From assembly GCF_964355755.1 (NCBI RefSeq), contig NC_092672.1, positions 5,952,001 to 6,016,000 on the forward strand: DNA of 64,000 bases, in the 5' to 3' direction. Made by a program: the position numbers and the translations under genes. A model generated the notes under the pieces. That model was not told the origin of the DNA, made no database searches, and was given only the letters and a program-made list of their open reading frames with translations. Source of the DNA: Antedon mediterranea. Lineage: Eukaryota > Animalia > Echinodermata. Numbering within the stretch: the first letter of the stretch is position 1; each line of letters begins with the position of its first letter. Positions 13,584-27,007 of this stretch are shown here, piece by piece.

Positions 13584-14762
13584 TCATTCCTCAATATAGT
13601 TAGTAAGGTCTGTAATTGTTTCTTCGTCTACTTTTGTTAGAACATCCACCCACCACTTACATGTAAATGTAGTTTCTTTTGTGCCAGTTTTTTTTATTTT
13701 CTTGCTTAGAGTTTCTAACAGTTTTTCTTCTTTCTTTACTGAATCTTCTTCATCTTTCTTCACTGCATTTTCTTCTTCTTTCTTCACTGCTTCTTCTTCA
13801 TCTTTCTTCACTGCATCTTCTTCATCTTTCTTCACTGCATCTTCTTCTTCTTTCTTCACTGCTTCTTCTTCATCTTTCTTCACTGCATCTTCTTCTTCTT
13901 TCTTCACTGCATCTTCTTCTTCTTTCTTCACTGCTTTTTTTAGTTCTGACAGTTTTGTTTCTGTCTTGTCATTCTCTTTCAAAACCACCAAATTAAACAG
14001 GTGCAATAGATCACTAACGGTCACTTGCTCACATTTCTTTAAACTCATAATCTTTAAAACAACATCAATTGACCGGGTTTCCAAATGTTGAATAACATTC
14101 TTTTTAGACAAGTAGACAAAATAATCAATATTCTGTTTTCTCGTACGAATTCCTGTTAATACTGGAGCTTCTACTTCAAATCTTCCAATTTCTTCAAACT
14201 CATCAGTTCTCAACCATGCTCCCACTTTTTCAACAGGAATGTTGAAATTACCACCAATTATCACTATGCCATCAGTGTGTTCTGATATGTCATTTGCATA
14301 CATTAGGAGTGTTCTGAAATACTGTCTTTTCGATTCATTGGCACCTTTGGTTCGTTCAAAAGTCTGTTTGCCATGCCAAGATATTGCAGTTATTAAACCA
14401 CCACCATTAAATTCTAGAGATTGTGTGCAAATACACCCTCTTATCGTTTCATCTATTTCTAGTTCTACATGGTTTGGGTTAACTACCCTTGTTAACTTAT
14501 TACCTTTTGCAACTAGGCCTATGCCTGGAAAAGGCATTTCTTGATTATATTCAAGGATATCATTTCTTTGAACCAGATTATTACATGTGTTTGTATCTGG
14601 TAATTGCTGTAAACACAATATGTCTACACCTTCATCATTTATTTCTTGTAAGACTCGTTGGCCTAGTCTTTTTTTTTTACTCATATCAAAGGTAACCATA
14701 GTCAAAGGCTTATTGTGAACAATAAATCTAGCAGTTACAGGATTGTGAATCAAAGAGACCAT
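13584..14762 (-). CDS. EEP (DNase I-like) fold protein, 392 aa, substituted active site, C-terminal charged repeats
   Basis: Uninterrupted ORF in AT-rich DNA with ordered motifs HNPV..VTFDM..DILCLQQ..AISWHG..IIGGNFN..NIDYFV, matching EEP motifs (TxN, LQE, H, GDFN, ID); clear paralogue of 38691-40112. Confidence 0.85.
   Translation of the reverse strand: MVSLIHNPVTARFIVHNKPLTMVTFDMSKKKRLGQRVLQEINDEGVDILCLQQLPDTNTCNNLVQRNDILEYNQEMPFPGIGLVAKGNKLTRVVNPNHVELEIDETIRGCICTQSLEFNGGGLITAISWHGKQTFERTKGANESKRQYFRTLLMYANDISEHTDGIVIIGGNFNIPVEKVGAWLRTDEFEEIGRFEVEAPVLTGIRTRKQNIDYFVYLSKKNVIQHLETRSIDVVLKIMSLKKCEQVTVSDLLHLFNLVVLKENDKTETKLSELKKAVKKEEEDAVKKEEEDAVKKDEEEAVKKEEEDAVKKDEEDAVKKDEEEAVKKEEENAVKKDEEDSVKKEEKLLETLSKKIKKTGTKETTFTCKWWVDVLTKVDEETITDLTNYIEE
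13723..13941 (-). repeat. 24-bp coding minisatellite encoding (AVKK[ED]EE[ED])n, about 9 copies
   Basis: Plus-strand unit tctttcttcactgcatcttcttca; in frame within the 392-aa ORF. Confidence 0.95.
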
Positions 14763-15349
14763 TATTATTATTCTATTTTATCAAATAAATAATAGTACAC
14801 TAAGTAATATTTATTAGTATTTGACAGATCCGTAATGTAGTACTGTGATGTATGAAAACAATTATTTCGATGATTTTGATTCCCACTGATTTTGCAGGTG
14901 TCTTCAATTGAATTCAGCTGAAAACGTACTGTATAGTATCCAAATTCTGCCTTCTTATACAAAATGAGTATGCCTAAAATATATATAATAGTAGATTGTA
15001 TAGAGATAAAACACGGTATTTTGCAGAAATCTATCACAAATACTAAATGTACGTTGAACAATTGTTTTCTGGCATGCTCACTTATTTTTTTTTATGAATT
15101 CCCATTCCTCAATCTGTAATTTTATTTGTTATTTTCAGTACAAAGATATGAAAAAAGATCTTTATCATGTTAATGGAGTGGAAATGTCAACTTGTTACTC
15201 CCTTTCTAAATTATAATGCTTCAATCTTTTTCAGAATTAGAATTTAGGCCAATCAAATTTGATTTCATGAAATCTATGAGTGAACCATAAACTCACAACC
15301 AACAGATGTTTCTTAATGAAACATGACACAAGTATACTTCATATTTATT

Positions 15350-15351
<2 letters not shown>

Positions 15352-15382
<31 letters not shown>
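15352..15382. repeat. (AT)n microsatellite
   Basis: Directly visible. Confidence 0.95.
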
Positions 15383-15384
<2 letters not shown>

Positions 15385-17086
15385 TAAAAAATATGTGTTC
15401 AACAATAATTTGCACATATAAAATTTGAAGTATGCTTCATAGCGAGGGTAATCCACCTGTAGCATCTCCATGCATGTCATTCAATGTACATGTTGAATTT
15501 GCACAGATAATCTAACTCGTCCTGGTTTGAAGTTAAAATTTCATTTACAATAGTATGATTTTTTTAACATAACTTAAGAACTTTGGTAGAAAATGATTGA
15601 CTTCAGATAGAAATAGATGGTTGATAGTAAAAGATCTAAGTTTGTTGCAAGTAGTAAAGATAGAAAAAAAAAACAAAAAACAAACAATGAACATATATTC
15701 GTAAATACACAATCTATGAAACAATATATAGGCATGTTCGGTAAATTATTTAAAACGAGGACGCGCCCGTACATGTGGATATTTGGATGAGTTATTCATG
15801 TATGATATGTTTGCATTGCCCTATTGATTATTATTGTTTTATTAAACGGTATTATTATGGATAAACATAAACTAAAGCTTATACCCTCTAGTTTAAAATA
15901 AAATTACTGAAATGGTGTAATACAACAAAAATGTTATTCTTTACTACCATTATTCAAACAATGCTTATAATGAAATTCCCTGTCGAATAAATGCCCCAAC
16001 CCTCCCTCTTCTGATTAAACACCTAGGGCGTTTATTTTTTTCTTCTAATAAAGTCCTGTCCCATTCATAATACAGTACACAAAATACTGTATAATAACAC
16101 ATTTCTATTTGTACTAGAAATCATTGACTGCCATGATCTACAATTTACTTAGCATTTTGATACAATTTGTACTGTATTTTATCGATTCTTGATGCTAATT
16201 TTGTAGTTTTTTATATCGAGGGCATGTTATATGCAAAAATTACTATTTTACAAATAAAAAAATATATTTCTTCTCGAATAAACTTCCTCACCATTAAAAA
16301 ACTTGAACAATAAATACGGTAATACAATTTAAAGAACCACTTACCTAGTAAGTTTTGTATCTGAATAATGATTGATTTCTCCAAATGCAGTTGTTTTATA
16401 ATTCTTTCTATACCAAAATCATCAATATGACATGAAGTCTGGTTAGATTGCAAGAAATCAAATGTTCCCAAAACTACAGTGGTCCGTGTAATTATCTTCT
16501 ATGAAGCTCCTCCCCTTAAGTTCAGTCATATGCAGTACTTTCCAATTATTACCCAGAACAAATTGCTATTGCAGTACACACCAATCGCTGGGCAGTGCAC
16601 ACTGCATTCTATCTAGTACACACCAATCATAATCATGTCAATTGTTAAGCGCTACATCAATCAATATATTACTTTGTTGTTAAGGTCTCAAAAGTTTCCA
16701 CTATTCAAAATGCATTCTGAGAACCATCAAATATAATAAATGAAATATTGTTTCTCACTCTCCCATATACCAACCTCTTTCCCACCTCACCCTTTTCCAA
16801 ACACTATCTCCTGTATTTCCTCTGAGTTGGCTAATTTAATTTATTGTTTTAATTTTTTTTTATTCTTATTTTGTTAATCTTTATAAATTCTATCTGATTT
16901 AATTAATTTTTTCAAAAACAAAGATGGATACAAAATGAAAGGGACATAAAAATAAACTCAACAGAAACAACAAAATATTCAGAATAAGTAAAAAATCTCA
17001 CCACAAACCAAATAAATCAAATTGCTGGAATGATGATATTAGTAATTTGATATTTTGAATTACCATGCAGTTTAAAATAAATTATA

Positions 17087-19525
17087 ACTAGATTTGAACT
17101 CGTCACTTTGAAGAGTTTGGTTTATCCGCACAAATGCAACATGCACCACATACATTATATGAACGCCTACAATTATTATGCCATCCTATGACATGAATTA
17201 AATATGTTTACAGTGTTGAATTGTACCTATTTTGTGTCATCTATATATAAATTTACGTAAGGGCAAAATTCGGTAAATCGCGCCTTACTTCTAGAATTTT
17301 TACTCGATGGTATATAAAGTTGGTTCGTAGTTTTGGTACTGATTTTAAACACCTGATGTAACTCTGTTTACTAATTAAATTTAGTTACATAATTAGTTAT
17401 TGATGCACTTACCTTACAACAGGATCTTTGTAAAATTTCCAAATGGTGTGAGGATAATAAAATGAAATTAAATGCAAAGAAGTGTAAAGTCATGCACATA
17501 ACTAGGAAACGTAATTATATCCCTCATTTTATTTATACAATCGAATCCAATCCCCTTGAAGCTGTTAATTCACATAAATATCTTGGTATTAACTTCTCAC
17601 ATGATTTAACATGGTCTGCTCACGTTAATGATGTATCGATGAAATCTATGAGAATGCTTGGGTTTATCAAACGGTTTGTAGGTTTCAATGACACCGAAAT
17701 TTTACTACGACTTTTTAATGCACTATGTCGACCTGTTATTGAATATGGTGCTCCTGTGTGGGATCCACATCAAAAACAACATAATATAGCTATTAACAAG
17801 TCATTAAGACGGGTTACTAAATTGTGTGTTGAAGGCGATTTCACTGACAGGCTTAAGATACTACATTTACCAGATATGGTTCAAAGAATGAAATTTCATA
17901 GTATAATTTTTGTAGTTAAGTGTTTGCATAATTTAATTGATTTTGATATATTTGAATACCTTACAATTAATTCTCGGTATCCAGAGTCCCTCACCTTTAA
18001 ACACATGTATGCTAGAACTAATGCATTTAAATACTCCCTGTTTGTTAATTTCCCTCGAATATGGGAATGTATCCCGCATGAAGTTCGTAACAAAGTCCTG
18101 TTTAACTTTGGGGGGTTTAGAAGGGATTTGAAAAAATGTATTACTGATATCGAATTCATCTAGACTATCACTGTGTATTTATGTCTATTGCGTTTTTCGT
18201 ACTATTAGTTGGGAAAGCCACTCGACAGTGCAGTTCTTTTGAACTGATCCACTTTTGGTTACCCGCAGGTGCTGATAGTACTTTTGTTCTGTTTTGTTGA
18301 ATGATGCCGTACCTTGTTTATGATTTTTGTATGTTACCTGGAAATTGAATAATATAGAATAAAAAAAATAAAAATTGACGATTAAAACGAATTTAGGTTC
18401 AACGATTAGCCCCAAATAGGGGTGTTTTCAGATCGTGGTATACACTGTCTAAGTGATGTCCATCTTGAAAAATACCCGCCACAAAAATGCGAGGAGGCTT
18501 CGCATTTCCCTATCTCCTACGATAATTATTTTTAATAGCTGAAAACCGGTTGAACAGCTAGAGTACAGCATCATAATGTTGAAGACAGGCCGATTTTCTT
18601 AAAAAAATACTATTTTGATAGAATTCATATACGATTATACAAATGTATTGATTTGCGATGAATGGAACATCTCAATCTCTCAGTCTACCAAAGTTTAGTT
18701 TAACACAAGTAGGTAAATTTATGAGTCCTTGGTTTAACACATACCGTAGGTAAATATATGGGCCCTTTGAGAATAAACTTGCAATACTTTGACAATACTG
18801 TACTGTAAATACCTAGTAACTATTTTCGGTCCTCATTTGAATCGAGCATTTCTTACTGTGAATGTTCGTACTGTTAGATGTAATATAGAAATATATAGAA
18901 ATAAACTTTATTACTGAGATTGTGGATAGGCTCTACTGTTAGATATATAAACACATTATTATATACAAATAAACTTTATACTGACAGTTCCTTCTCAACG
19001 TTTGTATTAATTAATAATTACAAATAATATAAACGTCGTAGTGGTGTATCGTGACATGTACTTTAATATTTCAATCGATTATGACAGTGACAGTTTTAAC
19101 AAAGTATTAAATCGCAAATGTTTTACTGTATTTAGAGGTACATTATTTATAGGCCTATAAGTGATAAGTTTCTCCTTCGGAAGTAATTCCCAGGGTGCTA
19201 ATTTTAGCTGACTACATAAATCATCATGTCTATTTATTCGTTTCTGTAAACGACAATGTATTATAGTCCTGCGGTACGTACATTTGAAATCGCCAGTTTT
19301 GTTACGCTGAAATGACTGTGTATTCGAGAACCATCATTGGGCACAACCTAGATGGTACGCGAGCAAAGCGAGCATACCATCTAGTAAAGCATAATTTTAT
19401 TTATGATGTATATGTTATATACCGTGTAGCAAAGTTGAAATTACTACAGAGTTGAAATTACTACAGAGAGCGATAACCTAAAAAAAAAAAATCCTGACAA
19501 TAACAAGGGGTTATCCGCCAAGTGC
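17087..19525 (-). mobile_element. Helentron-type non-autonomous element (HINE-like) interrupted by a LINE fragment
   Basis: Left end ctagatttgaactcgtcactttgaagagtt..ttatccgc mirrors the 30387 family terminus; internal gccatcctatgacatga is shared with that family; right end aataacaaggggttatccgc. Right boundary uncertain. Confidence 0.5.
17395..18375 (+). mobile_element. 5'-truncated non-LTR retrotransposon (CR1/L2-group), RT C-terminal part and 3' UTR
   Basis: ORF 17462-18163: MKLNAKKCKVMHI..HKYLGINFSHDLTWSAHV..RPVIEYGAPVWDP..FKYSLFVNFPRIWECIP; A-rich tail at about 18355-18375. Confidence 0.85.
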
Positions 19526-20290
19526 GTTGTAAATTGAGTCGATATGATGCATTGCATCTCTGAAATAGTAAAAGGTAATCATTGTTTTGGCGTTAAACGT
19601 CCAAATTTAGAAATTAGCTTGAATCAGAATTAACAGATTTGATTCTACAAAAATACTAATAAGTTTTAGTTTAGAACAGCTATTGACAGAATTTATTCTG
19701 CTGAAAGATTCTACAGGTGACACATTCCTATCATTTTGTAACCCATGTTATTCTACTTGTATTGTGTATACACAGCCTGAAGCCCATTAATTATTACCAT
19801 TTCTTTCATTCATTTGTTTTTTTATGAAAATATAGATATCAAATGGTGAGAACATACTCACAGGTCTCACTGAGTTTTGTTATGTTAACCAGCAGTAACA
19901 TGCATGGTGGTAATGTACTTTTAATGTATTTTTTTATCCCCTCAATACATTACGTTTATTACACTTTTTTCCGTCATTGTGTTCATCACTGACAGTATAA
20001 AAAAAATTAATTAGGTAATTTTTAGTTAATTAATATATATGATTATTTTAGTAGTATTTTTATATTATTATTTTTTAGTTATATTTTTAATTAATTTAAT
20101 TATAAAATCAACTTTAACCTGAAATGTATTTCTTAAAGTAAAACAAGGAAATATAATTCAATAAAACATATTGAGTAAGATATGAGTAAAATAAAAAATT
20201 AAATGATATTGGATTGTGTATTTTACTTGTTTTTATTTTAAGGAAGAAGATTATTGGTTATTTTAAATATTTAAAATATATATTTTTCAG

Positions 20291-20392
20291 ATTAAAAAAT
20301 ATGAACAACTTGACTCCGACGAAGAAAGGTTAAAAAGTGCAAAACAGATTTTTGATAATTACATCATGAAGGAACTACTGTCAAGTACACAT
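20291..20392 (+). CDS. GRK2: GRK2/3 (beta-adrenergic receptor kinase) RH-domain exon, [34 protein letters not shown]
   Basis: tttttcag| 102 nt |gtaagt; matches recalled human GRK2 [34 protein letters not shown]. Confidence 0.93.
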
Positions 20393-20424
20393 GTAAGTTC
20401 AAATGTCAAATGTCAACCATAAGG

Positions 20425-20942
20425 TCAATGTATGTCACTCCAACTTGCGTAGGTACAATGCCAAAATGTAGGCATATTCCAGGCATATATTTTATGTGGG
20501 CATAAACATTTGATTCAATATGAATAAATTGACTAAAGTTAAACAGTAGGCGTGTTATAAAACAATGTATGTCACTCCAACTTGCGTAGGTACCATGCCA
20601 AAATGTAGGCATATACCAGGCATATATTTTAAGTGGGCATAGACATTTGATTCAATATGAATAAATTGACTAAAGTTAAACAGTAGGCGTGTTATAAAAC
20701 AATGTATGTCACTCCAACTTGCGTAGGTACCATGCCAAAATGTAGGCATATACCAGGCATATATTTTATGTGGGCATAAACATTTGATTCAATAGGAAGG
20801 AATAAATTGACTAAAAGTTAAACAGTAGGCGTGTTATAAAACAATGTATGTCACTCCAACATATATTTTAAGTGGGCATAGACATTTGATTCAATATGAA
20901 TAAATTTACTAAAAGTTAAACAGTAGGCATGCTATTAAACAA
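20425..20942. repeat. About 138-bp tandem repeat, about 3.5 copies, intronic
   Basis: caatgtatgtcactccaac recurs at about 20425, 20562, 20700 and 20842. Confidence 0.9.
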
Positions 20943-21494
20943 TTAAAAGATGTTTTGTATTTGTGGAATGGCTAGAATATTTTCGTTAGTTGAATAGACC
21001 AGTCCGTTTTTTCAACTTATAACATTTTTTCTCCACTCTGCTTGTAAACATTCATTATTTGTAAAATTTTGCCAATTCAATTATGCATAATCATCTCTGA
21101 ATTGATTACACCGAATATGAGATTATTTGTTGCCATGGTTTCATGATGACAGTTCATGACTATGGGGTTTGTCAATAATTAGTTGTATGCTGAAAACCAT
21201 CAAAGAAATTATATTTGATGTACTTAATTGGAAACAGCAAAACTCTACAGATAAATTGGACTGAAGTTCTAATAAGAAGAGTATATATGATAGTGTTTTC
21301 ACAAAATTAAACATAATCACAATGATTGAGTAATTTCCAATTTATTTTTTTCATGTTCAAGTGCTTATTAACTACACTACTTGCGTGACTACAACGCTTA
21401 TATGTCTAGAGCGCTTAATATTTGGGTGGTAGTATTTAATTTGAATATTTTAATAAATTAGGCTTTTTTAATTCAATTTATTATACCATTAAGA

Positions 21495-21735
21495 TACAAT
21501 ACAATACAAATCTTTCTTTATTCTGGAATAGCTGTTTCAATACACAAGTACTGGTCTCCCAAGAGGTCCAGATTTGAAAAAAAAATACAAGAAAAATAAA
21601 AGCTTAAAAACTATGTACAATAGAAATTATACAAGATGTTTAATTTCAACTTGACTAAGTGTCTCATAATTTTTACGGATATGTACAGGAAGATTATTCC
21701 ATAAGGTTGATGCTCTATAATTAAACATTCTCTCA
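21495..21735 (-). mobile_element. 3' end of an L2/CR1-group LINE
   Basis: Minus strand encodes RMFNYRASTLWNNLPVHIRK, followed by aataaa and an (attgt)n tail. Confidence 0.7.
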
Positions 21736-22962
21736 TCGAATAGAACCCCTCTTTCAGACTACTCTATTTATTGGACACCCCTTAAGGTGATGTTTTGTTG
21801 GATCCTAGATGTGTTCCCTGGAGGTTCTGCAATATGGGTTGTTCCAATATGTAACGACTCATTCAAACATACATGGCTATAAGTATTCAGCACCTGTTTT
21901 GTACTTGTTTTGTTACATTTATTTGCATAGTGTCGTGTGGTGTGTGTTTAATTAATGTGGCGCTTTATTAGACTTTTTTACACAAAAACCAGCATGCGAT
22001 TTAGAAAAAATCCGCTTCTCGTGTCTGGTAAAGCCAGGTTTGTGGATATTTCAATAAATGGCCCTTTTTTCCAGTCAATTTTTGCACAGTAAAGCCTATT
22101 TTCCACTAGGCGAATTTTTTCGCGCGAATCGAATGTTTCAAAAAGAAAAAAATCGCCTATAGCCGATTTTCCATTAGGCGAATTTGTTTGCGCGAATCCA
22201 ACGTTTCAAAGAGAAAAAAATCGCCTACTCTCTTTCCACTACATAAGTGAATAGCTGCGACGTTCATGTTCCTCGCGTGGTTGCTGAGCATTTCGATTCG
22301 CACGAGTGCTCATTTCCTGAGCTCTGATTGGTTGCGCAATATTTCGCTTCGCAAAAAGTAGAAACAATTCGAACTAGTAAATTTCGCTGAAGCGAAAAAT
22401 CAAAGGAACAAGAATTATTAGTCATTATTATTTTATATCATATCCTAGATTTAAAAACAATTTTTCTGACAAAGAAATGAGAGTTTCTTTTCATTTTGCA
22501 TATAGTTAATGCCAGTAAATTTAATGCAAAAACCCATTGACTGCCTCTGTAATACTCATTGTTTAAGAAGATGATGTTGGGATATAAGATATTTTTATTA
22601 CTAATACATTGATAGGATTATTGAGTGAGGCATATCAAACATATATATACTTTAATAAGTAGTGATAATATTCAGTCATGGAAGATATTCTCTCCAGCTA
22701 AATTATAATAACCATATATTGAATTTCGAAGTCGCTTGCAAAAGACAGTAATCAACATCGGTTATAGGTTTTTTAAAAACTTGTTTATATAATTTTGATA
22801 TTTTTATTTGATACAAAATTATAATATCAATTTTAGATTTGTTATTTGATAGTAATATATAAAGGCCACAGTGTACAGTAGATACAGTAGTATAATCATT
22901 TTAGTAGTAGTAGTATTATTTAAATAATTCTTCCATGTTATAATTTAAATTGCATTGTGAAA

Positions 22963-23121
22963 AGCTCTGTCTACACTATCAAACTTTGTTACAAAAAAAT
23001 GTGATGTGTCCATATATGGACATGAAGATGTCATATCACTACAATATTTAGGCATCACTACCATATTTGGGCACATCACACTTTTTTTTTGTCAAACTAG
23101 TTTGATAGTGGAGACAGAGTT
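22963..23121 (-). mobile_element. PIF/Harbinger-like MITE (same family as 10024-10163), inverted, independent insertion
   Basis: Both TIRs present; flanks differ from those of the array-associated copies. Confidence 0.85.
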
Positions 23122-26100
23122 TAAGAAGATAGATGGGTGGATGGCAATATTTAAATATATGAAGATTTTGCAGTGCGTTTGAAAAACAGTTGGTTTAATA
23201 GTCTGGGTAACCTGTACACCATAGTTCCCTAATACTTTTTGTAATTCGTTAATTAGGTGTTATATAAACATCCAGGACACTGGAGAAACTACTGTGTCCA
23301 GTTTTTGGAGATATGTGTCCAAAGCACAGCGTACAGTTAAGGCGATTAATAGAAGCGTAATCATAGCCCGTCAACAATTGTATTGCACAATGTCGACTGG
23401 CTGTTCTTTCGCTCCTTTAAATCCCCATGATATGTTTATTTTCATTAAGCCATAGTATGATCATAATAGTAACAGTAAAAAGTCCCAAGAAATATCACCA
23501 CCAATTGTAGATTCCTCATCTGAAAATATTCCATGTTTAATTGGAGATCAGCATGGTTGATCGTCAAACATTTAACACAAAGATTCACCAGATAATGTTC
23601 CCATCGGTCAAGCCGAGAACCAGCTGAGGGATGCATTTGATTGACCAACTAGGCAATTCAATTATCATAATTTCTCTTTAAGTAGACTTAAGGAGGTCAA
23701 AGTGAGAGCATTTTGATGTTGCCTATTATGGCATTCCGTGTTTCTAAAAATTGTAAATTAAAGTGGTGTATTTTTTGAGGACCTATATGCTGGATACCTA
23801 TCTTCCCACCTCTTTCACCTATGAATTTGGATACTAGTATATTCTTAATTCATGATATTAAGTTTGTTTTAATGTCCGTTTATATTAGGCTAGGATGAAC
23901 AATAACAATTTGTTTGGAGAAGGTTTAGATTTGAACTACTGCTCCTAACAAGTCTTGATGTGCAGAATGATTCAAAATGCGCCATGCTGTCAACACCCCT
24001 AACTTTTCCTGCCACCTATTTCCATCAACATCTTCACTAATTTTTCTACTCATCATTAGTTAGGGATATCCTCGGAAAAGAGTTTCTTATTTAAAAAATA
24101 TCATATATCACTGCATATTGGGTTGGACAGTTTTAGAAAATCCCTGTAGAAATTCTATCAATTATGTATTCTTAATTGGTAATACACTGATTGGCTGATC
24201 TTTACATTGTTGTATAGTTTGATAATGTTCAAGTTGATCATATTTAATCTGATAGCTGGTGGGTGGTTTATAAATACAATTAGCCTTGTTCACATCAAGT
24301 TCTAAGCCAATTAATTTAAATCCTGGTAATCCACTTCTTATTCTAACATGGTTGTGAACCATCAGTAAGAGTGAACTTACAGCGGTAATTTTACTCTTTT
24401 CTGCCTGAAAATCTGAAATACTGTAAGTGGGAACAATTTTCACTCTTTTCTGATTTTAACATACGTGAACAATCAATAAGAGTGATCTAATCTTTATTCA
24501 GTCCTGTTTCTATTCTATATTCCCCTTGATGGTTGTTTATGGAAAAATTGTTTTGTGCATATGAGTTCTGGATTGGTCAGAAATATATACTATGTTTTTC
24601 CACATGTGAATACAAATAATAGAAATGGTTAAGTTAATTTCGGACTCTACTATAAACTATATATAATACAAATGCTACAAAAAGCCATATCATGGTGACA
24701 TAATATCCATAGCAAAAGAGAGAAAAAAAAATATTAATCTAAGAGCTCAAAAACAAAAATATAAATAAATTTATTATAATCTGAAAGTGAATACTTTATG
24801 TACGTATTAAAGCCTAATTGATATAAATGTAAACATAGATTTGGTCCAATTCGGAGGTAGGTGTACGCTACAAAAAACCAGAGCGTACATTGTAGGATTT
24901 TTAGGTATTTCACAATTTTTTGATCAGTGTCACCATGACATCACAATTTATAAATGATGGTAATCACAAAGTAATTTCAATTAGTTGTCCTTTAAAGCTG
25001 TTCTAAACAGTAATACAAAATGCATGCCAAAGAAATAAAATGCACCCACAAAATATAATAATACTGTGCAATAATTTATTATTATCAAATTAATATTCAT
25101 CACAGGGCATTCAACTGTACCATAAACCTACATAACATATCATTTTATTGTGGTTTGAAATATTAAATTCATTTTATTAAACAAATATTGTTGGTTTTGA
25201 TAGCATATTTGTAGATTTAATCTGGTATTAAATGGATAATAGGTTGACAATAGTTGAATATGACGTGCTCTATATGACGTCATATGAACCTTTAATAGTT
25301 TTGTTATCAACTTGCTTGACCCAATTATATACACATTTTAGAGCTTTAAATGCTTTTTTTGTGATTCTCAATTGATTTTTCATTGAAATAAAGTGTAAAA
25401 TTTAATTAAGACACTATACACCCACTCTTATGAAGCTTGACCCAATTCTAAAGTCAAGTCAGTGTGGGTGAGGTTTAATTATATAATCAAATTCACAGGG
25501 CACTGTAAATATTGAATTATGACAATTAATTTTGTGTTATAATAATTAAATACATAGCTAAAATAGTTTAGTTAGTAAATCTCACAGATTTCCTCATCTT
25601 ATCTCTACAAATTAATTAATTAAATTTCAGTATATTTCCAGCCGGTTTAGAATTAATTTCTATGCCTATTGTGTTTATATATAAAAGTATCTCTCCGGAG
25701 ATCTCGCTTTGTGAATAAAAATACTGATAGATGAGGGCGTATCAATTTGATCTCTGGTGTGCATGCGTACAATTAAGGGACTAGGCCTAGTGCTGTTCCG
25801 CCGTACATTGTAATTATTATAAAAATATTAATATGAATATTACTATTGACAACAATGTTCCTATTAAATATTTGTTACTAGAACCCCTGTTAAGGAGACA
25901 CTTTTGGGACCTATCAAAGTGTCATCTACAGTATGAGTCCTTTAAATGTGGTTGTCACCAAAGGGTGTCCCAAAGTACAACCCTTAATAAACTGATCCCA
26001 CATCATTTCCCTAAATGCAGTAATTGGCAATAGGGTTATATAACATATACCGTATTTCCCTTGGTTTTTACAGGAACATGCCTTATAGCGATATTTCCTG

Positions 26101-26162
26101 AGAAGAGGATGGGGCATAATTACATTTCCATGTTAAATATAATCACATTTGTCTTTTTTTAG

Positions 26163-26237
26163 CCCTTTTCAGAGGAAGCAGTGGAATCTGTCAGGCATAA
26201 ATTGACAAAACGTGAAGTACCGTCAAATCTGTTTGAG
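26163..26237 (+). CDS. GRK2: GRK2/3 RH-domain exon, PFSEEAVESVRHKLTKREVPSNLFE
   Basis: ttttttag| 75 nt |gtgag; matches recalled [25 protein letters not shown]. Confidence 0.92.
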
Positions 26238-26706
26238 GTGAGATGTACTTACAATATTTACATTATATGCACTTTAGTATTGCTACATGAATTTTAGACA
26301 TTTAAAGTTTATAAACATGTTCAAGTACAGTAATGGCTGTTATCATACAGACTTCTTCTAATTAATGATCATATTTTATATTCATCTGGTAGTTATAATC
26401 TATATATATGTATTAAAGCCTAATTGATATAAAGTAAACATAGGTTTGGTCCAGGTAGGTAGGTCCTGGAGTTAGAAATGCACTCTACATTTTTATGACT
26501 GGAAGCAATGCCCAAAGTTGACCTACAATCATGACCAATATCATACGGTCTTCTTCTATTTAAGGATCATATTTTATAATCATCTGTAGTGTTAGTTATA
26601 ATCTGAAAGTGAATACGTTATGTACGTATTAAAACCTAATTGAAGTAAACATAGGTTTGGTCCAGGTAGGTAGGTCCCAGAGATAGAAATTCACTCTACA
26701 TTTTTA

Positions 26707-27007
26707 TGACTGGTAGCAATGTCCACAGTTGTGGAGCTGTACCTCTTGGTGACTGGTAGCAATGCCCACAGTTGTGGAGCTGTATCTCTTGGTGACTGGT
26801 AGCAATGTCCACAGTTGTGGAGCTGTACCTCTTGGTGACTGGTAGCAATGCCCACAGTTGTGGAGCTGTACCTCTTGGTGACTGGTAGCAATGTCCACAG
26901 TTGTGGAGCTGTACCTCTTGGTGACTGGTAGCAATGTCCACAGTTGTGGAGCTGTACCTCTTGGTGACTGGTAGCAATGTCCACAGTTGTGGAGCTGTAC
27001 CTCTTGG
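26707..27007. repeat. 43-bp minisatellite, 7 near-identical copies
   Basis: Unit tgactggtagcaatgtccacagttgtggagctgtacctcttgg, with internal palindrome tccaca-gt-tgtgga. Confidence 0.97.

Noticed and set aside
13679-14695. Plus-strand ORFs overlapping the 392-aa gene (also 38787-38984)
   Set aside because: Antisense shadows of the EEP ORF and its minisatellite.
14768-15061. 97-aa ORF just upstream of the 392-aa EEP gene as a missing N-terminal domain
   Set aside because: No EEP motifs, composition typical of AT-rich non-coding DNA, and separated from the ORF by stops.
23400-24460. Possible degraded LINE endonuclease fragments (CIYKPP, IFLGTFY)
   Set aside because: Motifs are too eroded to delimit or classify from sequence alone.
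26707-27007. CRISPR-like array (43-bp palindromic repeats) and its three overlapping ORFs
   Set aside because: Repeats are contiguous with no unique spacers, there are no cas genes, and the context is a eukaryotic intron; the ORFs are by-products of a stop-free repeat.
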